In this document: one piece after another, positions 1-12,251 of the stretch | How the letters are laid out: each line of letters opens with the position of its first letter | How positions within the stretch are numbered: the stretch's first letter is position 1 | Made by a program: the position numbers and the translations under genes | Origin: Macrostomum hystrix | Lineage: Eukaryota > Animalia > Platyhelminthes | DNA: 64,000 nt | NCBI GenBank assembly: GCA_950097015.1 | Contig: CATNEN010000003.1 | Coordinates: 14,942,001 to 15,006,000, forward strand | Direction: 5' to 3' | Notes under the pieces: generated by a model | What the model saw: the letters and a program-made list of their open reading frames with translations, nothing else | The model's database searches: none | Told to the model about the DNA's origin: nothing

Positions 1-709
1 TATAATTGGTCTTAACGTCGTCTAAACCTATTTTTTCACTCAGTGGGCATTTTTAACAAACGCCTCAATCAGTCTGAACGAACAAACTACGTACATTCCC
101 CCCCCTTGATGTACAGCTGATCTATTTTTAGCACATTTAAGTATAATGTACACGGACCTTCTGCTTGTACGGTGGAGGACGCACAGACCCTTCTATCCGT
201 TTTGCTTTAGCTCGTCTAATAAATACATATAGCTATTTGCTAGTGCAAAACGAAGAGCAAAAAGCAAGCAAGCAGTTGGCATGGCACAGCTGAGTCAAAA
301 AACCAACCGCTCAGATTCCTAATTTTAACTACCTGCCTCTAGCGTTCCACGTAAACTAAACTTATTAAACACTTCGCGCTTTGGCCTGATAAGCACGGCA
401 TATATTAGGTTTTCTTAGAAAGCGAGGACTATGCGTCATTCCCCTTAGCTATTGGCAATCTCTTTGGCAAGTTTTTTCCATTCAAAGATTACGACGGCAA
501 ACAGCCAGGCACAGTGACTCAGTAAGTCAAAGAAGTACACCCAACCAGATAAAGAATAATTATTTTATTTGGCTTTAACCTAACTGCCACCGAGTCTGAC
601 TAACTCAAATTGGCCGATTCGCCTCACGAGACTAGAAATCTACTGGTTGGCAACAGAGTGAAAGCATCGAGGATTATTCGAGGACAAAGCAATTGCTTTC
701 ACCGCAACA

Positions 710-2081
710 ATGAGCGGAGCATCGTCAACTGCCGAGGCTTCGTCCAATGGCGGCTTGGGTCACATGAAATTCGCAGCTAGGCAGGAGAAAATGCTTAAGA
801 AGAATTTAAATCTGCGCTACGACTATTACGAGTATTTTGTTTATTCGCAGGTCAGTGACTGACGGTGTGTTTAAATAACTGGCGAGTTCTTCCTAATGGG
901 GTGTTTTCGTTTTCGGGTCTTCCTACTGGGTGTTTCTTGGGTTTGTCCCAACCTTTTTGTGACAGGATTCAGTTCTTCTAAGGTCCTGTGGAGCTTGGAG
1001 GCCAAGTTGTGATGGCTTCAGACTTCTGATCCTCGACGAAAAGGAACTGGGATATCAACTGGGATAGACATTTTTGTGGGCATATTGACAATCTGTTCAC
1101 AGCCTCGATTAATAGAAAATTTTAGGTACTTTTCGATGCACTTCTAAAGTCTACGGGAATTTTAACAAATCGCATCGCTCCAACCAACCCCAGTGTCTCC
1201 CAGCCTGGCTCATGCTGCTTCTCCGCTTTGTAATGGGCTGTGTCTGCGTCTCAGTGTTTCTCTACATGAGCATTACACAGCCATTCGTCAACTTCGTGCC
1301 TAGCAACTCAACTAGCGACGCTGATAATGGCACTACAAAACAACCGTCGACGTTTAAGACACACTTCTACCTGTGCTACCTGACTATCTGGAGCTACTTG
1401 ATCATAACGCTGTACTTTGTCACGGCATTGACAAACACCATATCGATGCTTCTCTGTTCTAGGCGTCGGTCCATTGTTGAAAGCATCGGCGACGTCGATC
1501 ACACGTTCAGCTTTACCGCTGGGGGTTTCAAAACCACGGACAGTCTCATGGGCAGTCGCGGCTATTTGGACGACGCATCGGCCAGTGATTCGACAGCTCG
1601 ACGGGTTGGCCTTCGACTACAATGGCTGCTCTGCGGTGTCGCGGCAAACGCTGCACTGATTGTCTCCCTGGCCTATTTCGTTGTTCTATATCCGATGATC
1701 AAAAAGTTAAGACCTGGTCCGATTAGTCCAGTAGATCTGCTACTTCACGGATTTAACTCCGTGTTCATGCTTGTGGAGGTGGTGTTCTCGGGTGTGCCAG
1801 TGAGGTTGGTGCACGTTGTCTACACAGCGCTCTACGGACTGACATATTCATTGTTCAGCTTGTTCTACTGGCTACCGGATCACACCAATGTCATCTACCC
1901 GGTGCTGCTGGACTGGAATGACGCAGGTCTGACCATTGGCATGATGTGTCTACTCATGTTTGTCGGCCTGCCCATAGTTCAACTAGTTTGGTGGCTGATC
2001 TATCTGGCTCGCTGCTTTGTTGCCGGGTCTGTGCTGCTCAACCGAAATTCGGAATGGAATCCAACTGGACTCAACATTTGA
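710..2081 (+). CDS. Protein rolling stone-like (FAR-17a/AIG1-type multi-pass membrane protein); exons 710-850, 1194-2081
   Basis: ATG at 710; GT donor at 851 and CAG acceptor at 1191-1193 join in frame (..YFVYSQ|CLPAWLMLLLRF..). Family motifs YLTIWSY, LHGFNS, PVRLVH and IYPVLLDW; about 6 hydrophobic segments. Confidence 0.85.
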
Positions 2082-2415
2082 GTACTTAACAATTTGAGCA
2101 GCAAATCATTGATTTTTACGCTCGTTCGGCTCGAAATGATTATAAATTTTCAGTAAGCTGATTAAGATTTCCTAAGCTTTAATAATACATGACGAAGTCT
2201 TTAATGTTTTCTTTTACAAAGCAGTAAATGTGCTCACTGTATATTTATTATTCAGGAAGTTAAAATAAATTTATTCGATTTAAGAAACCTGCTCTTTATC
2301 ATCAAATACTAATATTGGTTTTGACAATCAATATGAGAAGATGGACAATCAAAATGAAGACAGCCATAGATCTGCATGCAGCAGCTCAGCACAGCTTCGC
2401 AGCAGCTGCGGCTTA

Positions 2416-2505
2416 GGCCACGGACTTTTTTGACGATTTGCAGATCTATGGCTGTCTTCATTTTGATTGTCCAATTCTCATTTCGATCGTCAAAAGTCCG
2501 TGGCC
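2416..2505. mobile_element. Tiny Harbinger/Tourist-like MITE
   Basis: TIRs GGCCACGGACTTTT / AAAAGTCCGTGGCC flanked by TTA on both sides (2413-2415, 2506-2508). Confidence 0.6.
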
Positions 2506-3099
2506 TTATTATTATTATTAAGCATTATTATTATTATCAGGCACTTTGAGTAACTGAAATTCGAAAGTTGTTGCCAATTTCTTTCTTTTTTACATCGAAA
2601 TGATTACTTATTTCCATTAAGTAAACATAAAATAGAAGTATGAGCTATTATACACCATTCGTTAATTTCGTCATTACATAGCAATTTGGCTTCAGCTTCA
2701 ATCATTAATACTATCCTACTTTAAGTAGCTTCTTAAGAAAGAATATTCTTAAATCTACTTCATCTAAAATCTACCTATAGAAGTTTCTGACGTTCACATT
2801 ACGGACTGTTTATTATCTTTCGAATGGGCCCATAAAATCTAGCTTTTACGGTTGTTATATACTACACAACTAGTCTAGTCTAGGATCTGCGTAGAGAGAA
2901 AATTGGCATAGTACTTAGCAAACAGGCTAAGGTACTAGTCGATCTTATTGCTTAATAAAGTACATGCTTTTATTACGAGGGTCTAAATGTTCAACCCCAA
3001 GCTTGTACGCGCGGTGACATTTTGATCGAGAAAAAGAATGATTCTCTAGTCTATTTCGCTCGCGTTTCTTCCATGCGGCAATCAAATGGACATATATAC

Positions 3100-3167
<68 letters not shown>

Positions 3168-3188
3168 GTGTGTGTGTGTGTGTGCGTG
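3100..3188. repeat. (TG)n microsatellite
   Basis: Direct reading. Confidence 0.98.
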
Positions 3189-3509
3189 TCGTTGGGGGCT
3201 TTGCAGAAACGTGCTTTCCGGATTCAGCCCCTACCCCTACAGACCCAAATGTTGTGTGACATTTAATTTCTTCTTTCTGCACTACTTCCGCTAGATTGCG
3301 TTTTAATAAAGAATTAATCTGATGGATTGTAAAAGCTGACGAGACAAATGCATTAGAAGAAAAAGCTATGATTCAAGAAAATGGCATCGAACTTTAAAAA
3401 ATGGCGGTAAAGTACAAAAGATGGCATCAAATCAACAGAAACGGCGCTAAAATGTTGCAAATGGCATCAAGCTCATATGATACGTCGGCAAAATTGATAA
3501 TTATTATTT

Positions 3510-3680
3510 ACACCTGCCTCAATTACCCCAGCCTATACTGGTACCAATTTAACATTTGGGTGAACTGAAGCAATGCATATTTCAGTGTGTTTGCGAAAGG
3601 AAACACAAGTTAATACAGTATATCGGGAATCGAACCCCCGACCTTTAAGTCGTGAGTCGGACGCTCTGACCAGTTAGACA
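3510..3680 (-). mobile_element. tRNA-derived CORE-like SINE (family B), diverged copy
   Basis: Reverse complement gives A/B boxes (TGGTCAGAGCG..GGTTCGATTCCC) and a body (CAGTTCACCCA..GGTACCAG..GGGGTAATTGA) matching 29160-29400. Confidence 0.75.
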
Positions 3681-3965
3681 GAATTTACAATTTACATATA
3701 TTTTTCTAACCCGAGAAAGTTAAGTGCAAGCCTTACACATTGATTTTCACCAGAACACGCACTTGTCAGCAATGCTATTTGATTCAACATTATTTCCAGA
3801 CAGAAAATTCTCGCTTGCAGTGGTTGAGTGAATTTTAAGATTTACTTCTATTTGTTTTCTTCGTTGTTTCTTGTGCCTGCTATAAGTCTGATTTCGTTTT
3901 TTATATAAAAAAATACTTATGACAGCAGAAGCAGAGGCTAAACTGATTTATGCCATTCTTCGGCC

Positions 3966-4630
3966 ACTCTCTCACTCTCTCCCTCTCTCACTCTCTCACT
4001 CTCTCACTCTCTCACTCTCTCACTCTCTCACTCTCTCACTCTCTCACTCTCTCACTCTCTCACTCTCTCACTCTCTCCCTCTCTCCCTCTCTCACTCTCT
4101 CACTCTCTCACTCTCTCACTCTCCTACTATCTCACTCTCTCACTCTCCAACTATCTCACTCTCACTCTCTCACTCTCTCACTCTCTCACTCTCTCACTCT
4201 CTCACTCTCTCACTCTCCTACTATCTCACTCTCTCACTCTCTCACTCTCTCACTCTCTCACTCTCTCACTCTCTCACTCTCCTACTATCTCACTCTCTCA
4301 CTCTCTCCCTCTCTCACTCTCTCACTCTCTCACTCTCCTACTATCTCACTCTCTCACTCTCTCCCTCTCTCACTCTCTCACTCTCTCACTCTCCTACTAT
4401 CTCAATCTCTCCCTCTCTCACTCTCTCCCTCTCTCACTCTCCCTCTCTCACTCTCTCACTCTCTCACTCTCCTACTATCTCACTCTCTCACTTTCTCACT
4501 CTCTCCCTCTCTCACTCTCTCACTCTCCTACTATCTCACTCTCTCACTCTCTCACTCTCTCACTCTCTCACTCTCTCACTCTCTCACTCTCTCAATCTCT
4601 CCCTCTCTCTCACTCTCACTCTCCCACTCC
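3966..4630. repeat. Pyrimidine-rich (CTCTCTCA)n tandem array
   Basis: Direct reading; ORFs across it are low-complexity artefacts. Confidence 0.95.
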
Positions 4631-5089
4631 CATAGATTTGAATTTATTATCAGTCTTGGATCCCGCAAGCTGTGTGCATTAAGCAGGGCGATCAAAGAAA
4701 TGATTTAGTGTGCCGACTAGTAAATGCAAACGAAAAAGTATCGCTCAGTATGCATTTTTATCGAATATAGCTCGTAGATGACTTTTTTAGAGCCATTTTG
4801 AATTTTTACAAATTATACTCGTAATTTATTTATTTGCTTTGAAAACAACTGCTGTAGTTTATATCATAACCACAGAATACACTTGTAGACTTGGCTGGTT
4901 AATAGCTAAACATAAAGAAGCTATATATATGAAAAGAAACAAAAATGCATACGCAAAATTTACTTTTTACTTTTTTTCCCCTTTTTTCCTTTTTTTCTAG
5001 ACTTTTAGGCGATACGGACAGTAGGTTGTTAAAACAGTGGGTGTTAAGGAGACAGAAGGTGGTAAGGATAAAGTGGCTGATTAGGAGAG

Positions 5090-5870
5090 AGTGGGTGATA
5101 AGGAGTGTGTGGTGATTTGGGGACAGTGGGTGATAAGGAGTGTGTGGTGATAAGGGGACAGTGGGTGATAAGGAGTGTGTGGTGATAAGGGGACAGTGGG
5201 TGATAAGGAGTGTGTGGTGATAAGGGGACAGTGGGTGATAAGGAGTGTGTGGTGATAAGGGGACAGTGGGTGATAAGGAGTGTGTGGTGATAAGGGGACA
5301 GTGGGTGATAAGGAGTGTGTGGTGATAAGGGGACAGTGGGTGATAAGGAGTGTGTGGTGATAAGGGGACAGTGGGTGATAAGGAGACAGTGGGTGATAAG
5401 GAGTGTGTGGTGATAAGGGGACAGTGGGTGATAAGGAGACAGTGGGTGATAAGGAGTGTGTGGTGATAAGGGGACAGTGGGTGATAAGGAGTGTGTGGTG
5501 ATAAGGAGACAGTGGGTGATAAGGAGTGTGTGGTGATAAGGGGACAGTGGGTGATAAGGTGTGTGGTGATTTGGGGACAGTGGGTGATAAGGAGTGTGTG
5601 GTGATTTGGGGACAGTGGGTGATAAGGAGTGTGTGGTGATAAGGGGACAGTGGGTGATAAGGAGTGTGTGGTGATAAGGGGACAGTGGGTGATAAGGTGT
5701 GTGTGGTGATAAGGGGACAGTGGGTGATAAGGAGACAGTGAGTGATAAGGAATGGTTGATGATAAGGGGGCAGTGGGTGATAAGGACAGTGGGTGATAAG
5801 GAGACAGGGGGTGATAAGGACAGAGTGGGTGATAAGGTAAAAGTGGGTGATAAGGAGACAGTGGGTAAAT
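5090..5870. repeat. Minisatellite, ~35 bp unit GGTGATAAGGGGACAGTGGGTGATAAGGAGTGTGT
   Basis: Direct reading; dimer of two related GGTGATAAGG subunits. Confidence 0.95.
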
Positions 5871-6749
5871 TGATTTGCGGAGTGCGTGAAGTTAATCTAG
5901 TGCTTGTGTTTGTGCAGCTGATCAAGGTGTCAACAAACGGACTCAAGCCGGCTGAGCACGCGAACTCACCCTAGTCACAAAGAGTTTAGTCGCCTCCTGA
6001 AGTCCACCAGCTAGACGGAAGCCCCAGGCCATCTCTCTTGACTCCCTGCGCAGGCAGAGCCTAGTCCACGCGACGCAGTTTCCAGGAATCATGCTTAAAA
6101 GATTCTTTCTTCCGCTTGAATAAAGTCCAATACTAATACTTTGTTCACTTACGAAGACTTTTTATATTTCGCTTTAGGTGCTTTTCGACTATATTTACCG
6201 CCAACGCTTGGCCGAAAATGCTTTCTTCATCCAACCATCGAGCCCCCATTTCTGTTTCTCCCTTACCCTTGGTAGATGTGGCCTTACATCTGGGAGGGGG
6301 CGCCCTTTACTAACCCATGGGTCTGAGGCTGCAGATGCTTGGTTAGCAATCAGTTCGTTCCCTTTTCTGCCACCACCCTCTCTCTCTCTTTCTACCAATC
6401 CTCTACACGCCGATCTGCAGTCACTGAATGCCTTCAAGAAAAAATACACACAACAAGGAATAGTCGGTTCAGCTGATGACTTTCCCAATCCTCGCCATCT
6501 GCTGTTTTGTATTGCCAATAGGTGGAATAAAGTGGCCGCCGGCCGATGATTTTTCCCAATTGCGTATAAGGATAACTCTTTAATTAGATATGCTCAACAC
6601 TAGCCCACTTACCTTGTGTCGCTTAGTTACCATTGTCAACACCCTGTCTCGCCAAACTAAAATATATTCGAGAAATCGAAACATTTAATAATATTTCATG
6701 CGTTTCTTCTTTATGGCGTCATGCTGTGCCTGGGATTTGTAGTGATTTC

Positions 6750-7200
6750 CCTCTCTCCCTCTCTCCCTTTCTTCCACTCCCTCTGTCCCTTTCTTCCACT
6801 CCCTCTGTCCCTTTCTTCCACTCCCTCTCTCCCTTTCTTCCACTCCCTCTGTCCCTTTCTTCCACTCCCTCTCTCCTTTTCTTCCACTCCCTCTCTCCCT
6901 TTCTTCCACTCCCTCTCTCCCTTTCTTCCACTCCCTCTCTGCAACTCTTCCACTCCCTTTCTCCCTCTCTCCCTCTCTACCTTTCTTCCACTCCCTCTCT
7001 GCATCTCTTCCACTCCCTCTCTGCATCTCTTCCACTCCCTCTCTGTCTTTCTTCCACTCCCTTTCTCCCTATCTCCCTCTCTAGCTCCCTCTCTCCCTTT
7101 CTTCCACTCTCTCTCTCCCTTTCTTCCACTCCCTCTCTCCCTCTCTCCCTCCTCTCTCCCTCTCTCCCTCTCTACCTTTCTCTCACTCTCTCCCTCTCCT
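6750..7200. repeat. Polypyrimidine minisatellite, ~22 bp unit CTCCCTTTCTTCCACTCCCTCT
   Basis: Direct reading. Confidence 0.93.
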
Positions 7201-7884
7201 AATCTCAGTATTTCCCCTACTTCTTTCTGTTACGAGTAGATGCATTTAATTTCGCTTCGAAGCACAAAAATGCAGATTTGCACAAACACAAGGTCATATC
7301 GGACCTATAAGTTTTCTCGATTGTCCAAAAGCAAATACTCGCATTTGTCATTTTCTTTCTGACCCAACAGAAATATCTTTCAACTGACGATTTTCAGTCA
7401 TTTACAGCACTTATCACAAACTTGTACTATAAAACAGGGATTTCAACACTTTAAAACTCCCACACAACACTTGCAGTTTGTGCATCACAATAGCGGACAT
7501 GAACCTCTGACCTCAATAATCCCGACCCCATACCGTTGCAAAGCTAGCGCGAATGTCGCCAACATTTGGCCGGGGTAAAAATTGGCTTTTAACCAGCAAC
7601 ATCTGTTGGCACGCGGAAAATTCTCTGCCACCAAAGTTTTGAAGCCTTGACTCGTTGTACCCCATGAAATTGATGCCGAATAAAACCCTGCCTTGAGGTG
7701 CGAACAATTAGTTACAGCTGCAGCTGTACGCTCCTATTATGCTGTGACCTCCTATAGTACATGTGCAGTCAGGATTTGTTCTTCTAGAAGCTGTGTAGCA
7801 ATAGAGATTGGCCAATGAACAGCACTTCTGATAATGTCAAAGATTTTTCTATTTCGGGAAATCAGTTTGGCACTCATGGTGTGT

Positions 7885-8731
7885 CCGGGGGTTGGTGGTA
7901 GATCGGTTAACGCGTTTGCCTCTCGCACCACGGTCCCTAAGTTCGATTCCACGGCGAGGCCACATTTATTTGGGGCGCAGCCGCGGAGAGAAGGCTTGGG
8001 GGCTTGTCATGCAATTTACGCCCTTGAGGACCAACCTCCAAGGCACAGTGAAATGTACACTGCCTGACAATGAGAAAGTCAGGGCAGACGTACACACCTG
8101 TGTGAGCGTGTGCCTGCGAACAGTATCTGTGTGCGTGTGTGCTCAGGTCAACAGGAAGAAGACCGTTGTGCTCTGTGTGCCGGGCGATATCAAGGCCGCA
8201 ATTTTCTGCCGAGGCGCTGACGGGCAGGTAACGGAGTTTCCGCGCTGTCAGCAGTTCGTCTACCTCGGCGGTCTGGTACCTGACGTCCGTGAAGATCTGC
8301 GGCGTCGCCGCCGGTACGCTTGGGCTGCCTTTCGTTCTGTGAGGGCGGTCCCGGAGTCCGAGGCCCTACCTGATCGCCAGAGAGCGGCGCTGTTCCAGGC
8401 GGTGGTCGAGACCGTCCTGTTGTACAACGCCGAGACCTGGACGTTGACGGATTCGATCGAACAGCAAGTCAACTCGGCGTTTCGTCGACTGCCTGCTGGC
8501 CGATGCTGGCGCCCCGGACACTGCCGGTGGTGCGGCCTTTGTTCGCGCCCAGGCTCTGAAGCGTGCACTGTGACGCTGCATGCATTTTTCCACCTGACAG
8601 CGTATTTTGTTGTTGTTGTGCTCAGGAGTCAGCGAAATGGGCAGAATTGCCTCCTCGCTGGCTGCGGGTCTAGTGTCACCAAATGATGTGCCATTGCCCG
8701 CAGCCCTCCTGCAATTTTTATTATTATTATT
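7885..8731 (+). mobile_element. tRNA-derived SINE (family A), near full length, interrupted by a LINE fragment
   Basis: A box TGGTAGATCGG, B box GTTCGATTCC, (TTA)n tail. The body is shared with copies at 15640, 28577, 32632, 41965 and 43136. Confidence 0.85.
8148..8616 (+). mobile_element. 5'-truncated RTE-like non-LTR retrotransposon (RT C-terminal fragment)
   Basis: Translation NRKKT..FVYLG..AWAAF..LLYNAETWTLT; (TTG)n tail; TSD TGTGCTCAGG at 8138-8147 and 8617-8626. Confidence 0.85.
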
Positions 8732-9651
8732 ACATCGTATGTCCGAGGAGTTTTGGGATTAGGAGATTGATCTGAAATTTTCTCGTCTTACCATGGATTT
8801 GGGGACGACGTCACCATGGATTTTGGAAGGACTTTAACATTGATTTTCGGAGAACTGTCTAGGTGCCTAGATCAGTTCTAACTTTGATAAGTTCATTTGC
8901 AATAATTTTCTTTTCAACATATTCTTATACACAGTTTATAAGCTTGGCGCTGTTCTGTTACCCGCGTTTCCTGTGAAATTTTAGAGGACTCAAAGTTCGG
9001 GCTCTGTGCAGAGCCATATACTATTTAGCTTCTGCATGTAAAGTAAACAGAAGAAGCCTATTTTCAGTTCCAGGGGCGTGAAAGTGCTGATGTACTTCTT
9101 CTCCATCTGTTCAACTTAGGTCTAGCCTAATCGTAATTAGGGTGGCATTCAAGCTCGTACTAAACTTTCTATTGCTGATCGCAAGTGCAGTACAGATCGG
9201 TGTCTCCCTCGAAGAGTTTAAAAACTGGCTCACCTTGTCTTTGACTGGCAGCCTCTTTCGCCTGTCTAACCCGCCTGCCTCGAATGTACATCACGCACTG
9301 AGCGTACGAGTAGGTGGACAACTTGCCACCAGTGCTGCCACGCGGGGGTTGGGTGCTGGGTCGGTATTTCCATTAGCTGCGCTCTGGACAATAAGTGGCT
9401 GACGCGTAAGCAAGTACTCACAGACTAAATTACCTTGGATAGGCGGGGAAGCATAGATGAGCGTTGTGACCCCATTTCTATTGGCTGTGAGAACACGAGA
9501 CTGTTAAAGTAGGAACGATTGCCTTATTCTAGCAGGTAATAATATATTACTAAGTCTGACTTAAACTTTTCTAAAGCCGGTAAGATTTTTTTAGAAATAA
9601 CTGAACTCAAGGAGTATCAGTAGTGAGACTGGTGGTTGCTCAATCAGGCAG

Positions 9652-10341
9652 ATGTTCTTCGAAAAGAAAGACGGCATCGTCTATAAGACGGTGACCGGCA
9701 ATGACTATAGCCAGGTGGCAGGACTACTATGCGAGAGCTTCTTCCCCGCGACGCCCCTGAGTTGGCCTCTAGGCGGCCTGCTGGTTCCTGCCGATATTGA
9801 GACCAGCTTTGCCCAGCTCAGTGGCATCATCTCTCACCGGGTCTCAATCCTGGCATTCGACGCTGAAACTAAAGAGATTGTGGGAGTGAGGCTTGCCGTG
9901 GTGTCGGATAAGGAGGCCGCTTGTCGCACTGCCGATCCGCTGTTGGACTGTCCAGAGCTAGCTGCTCGCTATCCCAAACACTCTAGGATTGCTCGTCTGC
10001 AGCGACACCTCGAGACTCATGCCGACTATCTAGCCAGGTACCGGGTTGGTCGCGCAATGATTGGCCGCCTGCTGGTTGTGAAGGCGTCGCACAGCAACCG
10101 TGGCGTTGGAGGACGCTTGATTGAAAGCAGCGTGCGATTAGCCAAGGCCCTACGCATTCCCCTAGTGATTGGCACCTCGCACAATATCTATTCTCATCGG
10201 ATTTATCGATCGCTCGGCTTCGATTGCGTCTATGCGATTCGATTCGGCGACTATGCAGACGAGTCAGACGGTACAAAGCCGTTTGTTGCGTTGGAGGACA
10301 CTCAGCACACAGAAGCGGCCGTGTTCGCCTGCCGACTATGA
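9652..10341 (+). CDS. GNAT acetyltransferase, arylalkylamine/dopamine N-acetyltransferase (aaNAT)-like, single coding exon
   Basis: 229 aa ORF; ESFFPATPL, EIVGVRLA, acetyl-CoA motif A (HSNRGVGGRL), NIYSHRIYRSLGF. Confidence 0.85.
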   Translation: MFFEKKDGIVYKTVTGNDYSQVAGLLCESFFPATPLSWPLGGLLVPADIETSFAQLSGIISHRVSILAFDAETKEIVGVRLAVVSDKEAACRTADPLLDCPELAARYPKHSRIARLQRHLETHADYLARYRVGRAMIGRLLVVKASHSNRGVGGRLIESSVRLAKALRIPLVIGTSHNIYSHRIYRSLGFDCVYAIRFGDYADESDGTKPFVALEDTQHTEAAVFACRL

Positions 10342-11293
10342 CGATATTTCGTCGACCCGAAAATTTCACAGATTTTCGACTCTAAGCGAGCAAACTCATC
10401 ATATTATCATTTCTGAGTGCAATTATCAGAAGTCCGCACATTCTGCTCAATCGCGAATCAAGATAACTTGAGACCCAGTTTTCTGTTGATAATCATTAAT
10501 AATTTTCTATTCTACAAGCTATCATTAGTTTTTGTTTATAAGAAACAAAATCAAAGGTCATTTATGTCATTTCCGTTTGTCTATTCCTAATTATATCAGG
10601 CAATAGCAATGTGCTAAGATGCAACACTGACGCAGAGAACACAAGAAATTCAAATACGTTATTCGCGTCTGCTTTAAACATTGCATATAGCGGAAAATTT
10701 ATTACACAAATTTGCTCATTTTATACTTTAAGCTCTCTGCCCCTCTATACCTCTATTCTCTGCTGTGTCAAAATGAAAATTGGCCAAAATTAAATAGCCG
10801 AACTTGTTAATAGACCGGTGGAAAAAGGTCTTAGCTATATTGGTATAGTGCTATGTAACTTGCAGCCCTGCACACCTTTACGTCACAACTCTCGACGCCT
10901 TTTCAAGTATATTTCTCAACCATATAAGTAAACTTAATAAAAACGGGCAATGAAGATCATTCTCTTATAGGTGCAGCTAAATGCGACATAAAACACCCGA
11001 AGACTTTACACGCAAACGACATGCCGAACCGAGTTAGCTAATATCTTATATATTATATATAAAGTGATATAGGCATATTAAAAGCTTCATTATGTAAAGA
11101 TATCGGTTATTATTGTTGATTTGATATTTTTGAAATAATATGGGTTCGCCATACAGGTTTGTAAAGTGAAACGTTAATTTACCATTGTTACCATACAGGG
11201 TCTTCGACAAGAATCGACCAATATCTCAATGATGCTGACGTCGGGACGGCTTTGAAAGTTAGTTCATCGTATAAGGCGGATAGTTTATATATA

Positions 11294-12251
11294 TGTTGTA
11301 GAATGTTGCTATACCAAAGTTGTAGTTGCCGCTACAACCGCTAGTTGTCGGCGGTTCGCAGGCTTGGTAGCCGGGGTTCGGGTACAGACTGCCCAAAGCT
11401 TGCCCGGGATGAGGGATGGGAAGCGGCGACCCTCGATACGTTCAGACACTCCGAGCGGAAACGGAATGGGCTTGGAGCGTATAGACACTCGCTAAGCCCG
11501 ACACAGAAGGATGCGCGAGTGATTTGACTGCGAGCAGGTAGCCACTCGACAGCCCAGAGAGAGATGGATGACGGTCTGGAGGCGTACCGACACTTCGCAG
11601 ACTCGAGAGAAGACTCTGGATGAGAAAGATGATGATGATGAGCTTGGGAAGTAGCAGATGTCGGGCAGATGAACAAGTTTGGAGCACGGACAAATAAATA
11701 ACTCGTTAAAGCTTTTCTTACCGGGAGGGATCGAACGCTGCTCTCATATCAATCGAAGTGTTTCAGGCTGCGTAATTTATTCTATAACAATCGTTCGCGC
11801 CTAACCTCCTATTTAAGTTATTGCTCTAACTCAAGACAGCGTTCTCAAGGTAGTACTCGGGCGGAGCGGCGCGGGCGAGCTGGCCACGGGCAGCGCGCGC
11901 GAATAAATAACAGCGTGGGGTGGGGCGAGAGCATAGAGCTGGACGAGGCAGAGCGGAGCCACGCAGGGCCGGGGGTGGGGGCAAAACTCACAGGGTCGAG
12001 AGCCGAGAGAGAGAGAGAGAGCAAAGGAGGAAGGCTAGCCAATCAGAAGTCTCCTTGGCGAGAGACCTGATTGGGCTAGCCCCCAAAGCGAAGACGGCGC
12101 AGGGGGCAGCCAATGGGCGAGTAAAAAACAACGAAAAGGAGGGTGGGCTAAGACGGGGCCGGGTAGAACTGGATTGAGCAGGTGACTGGGGTGGAAGGGT
12201 TAGAGAACGCAGGGGTCGGGGCAAAGGCATTGTGAGACGCAGCTCACAACA
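11294..12251 (-). mobile_element. Solo LTR (958 bp), gypsy-like
   Basis: Ends TGTTGT..ACAACA; TATA TSD at 11290-11293 and 12252-12255; GC-rich block with several CCAAT boxes (U3-like). Orientation is inferred. Confidence 0.7.

Noticed and set aside
7892-8686. 264-aa host gene
   Set aside because: It is a chance SINE-LINE chimeric ORF.
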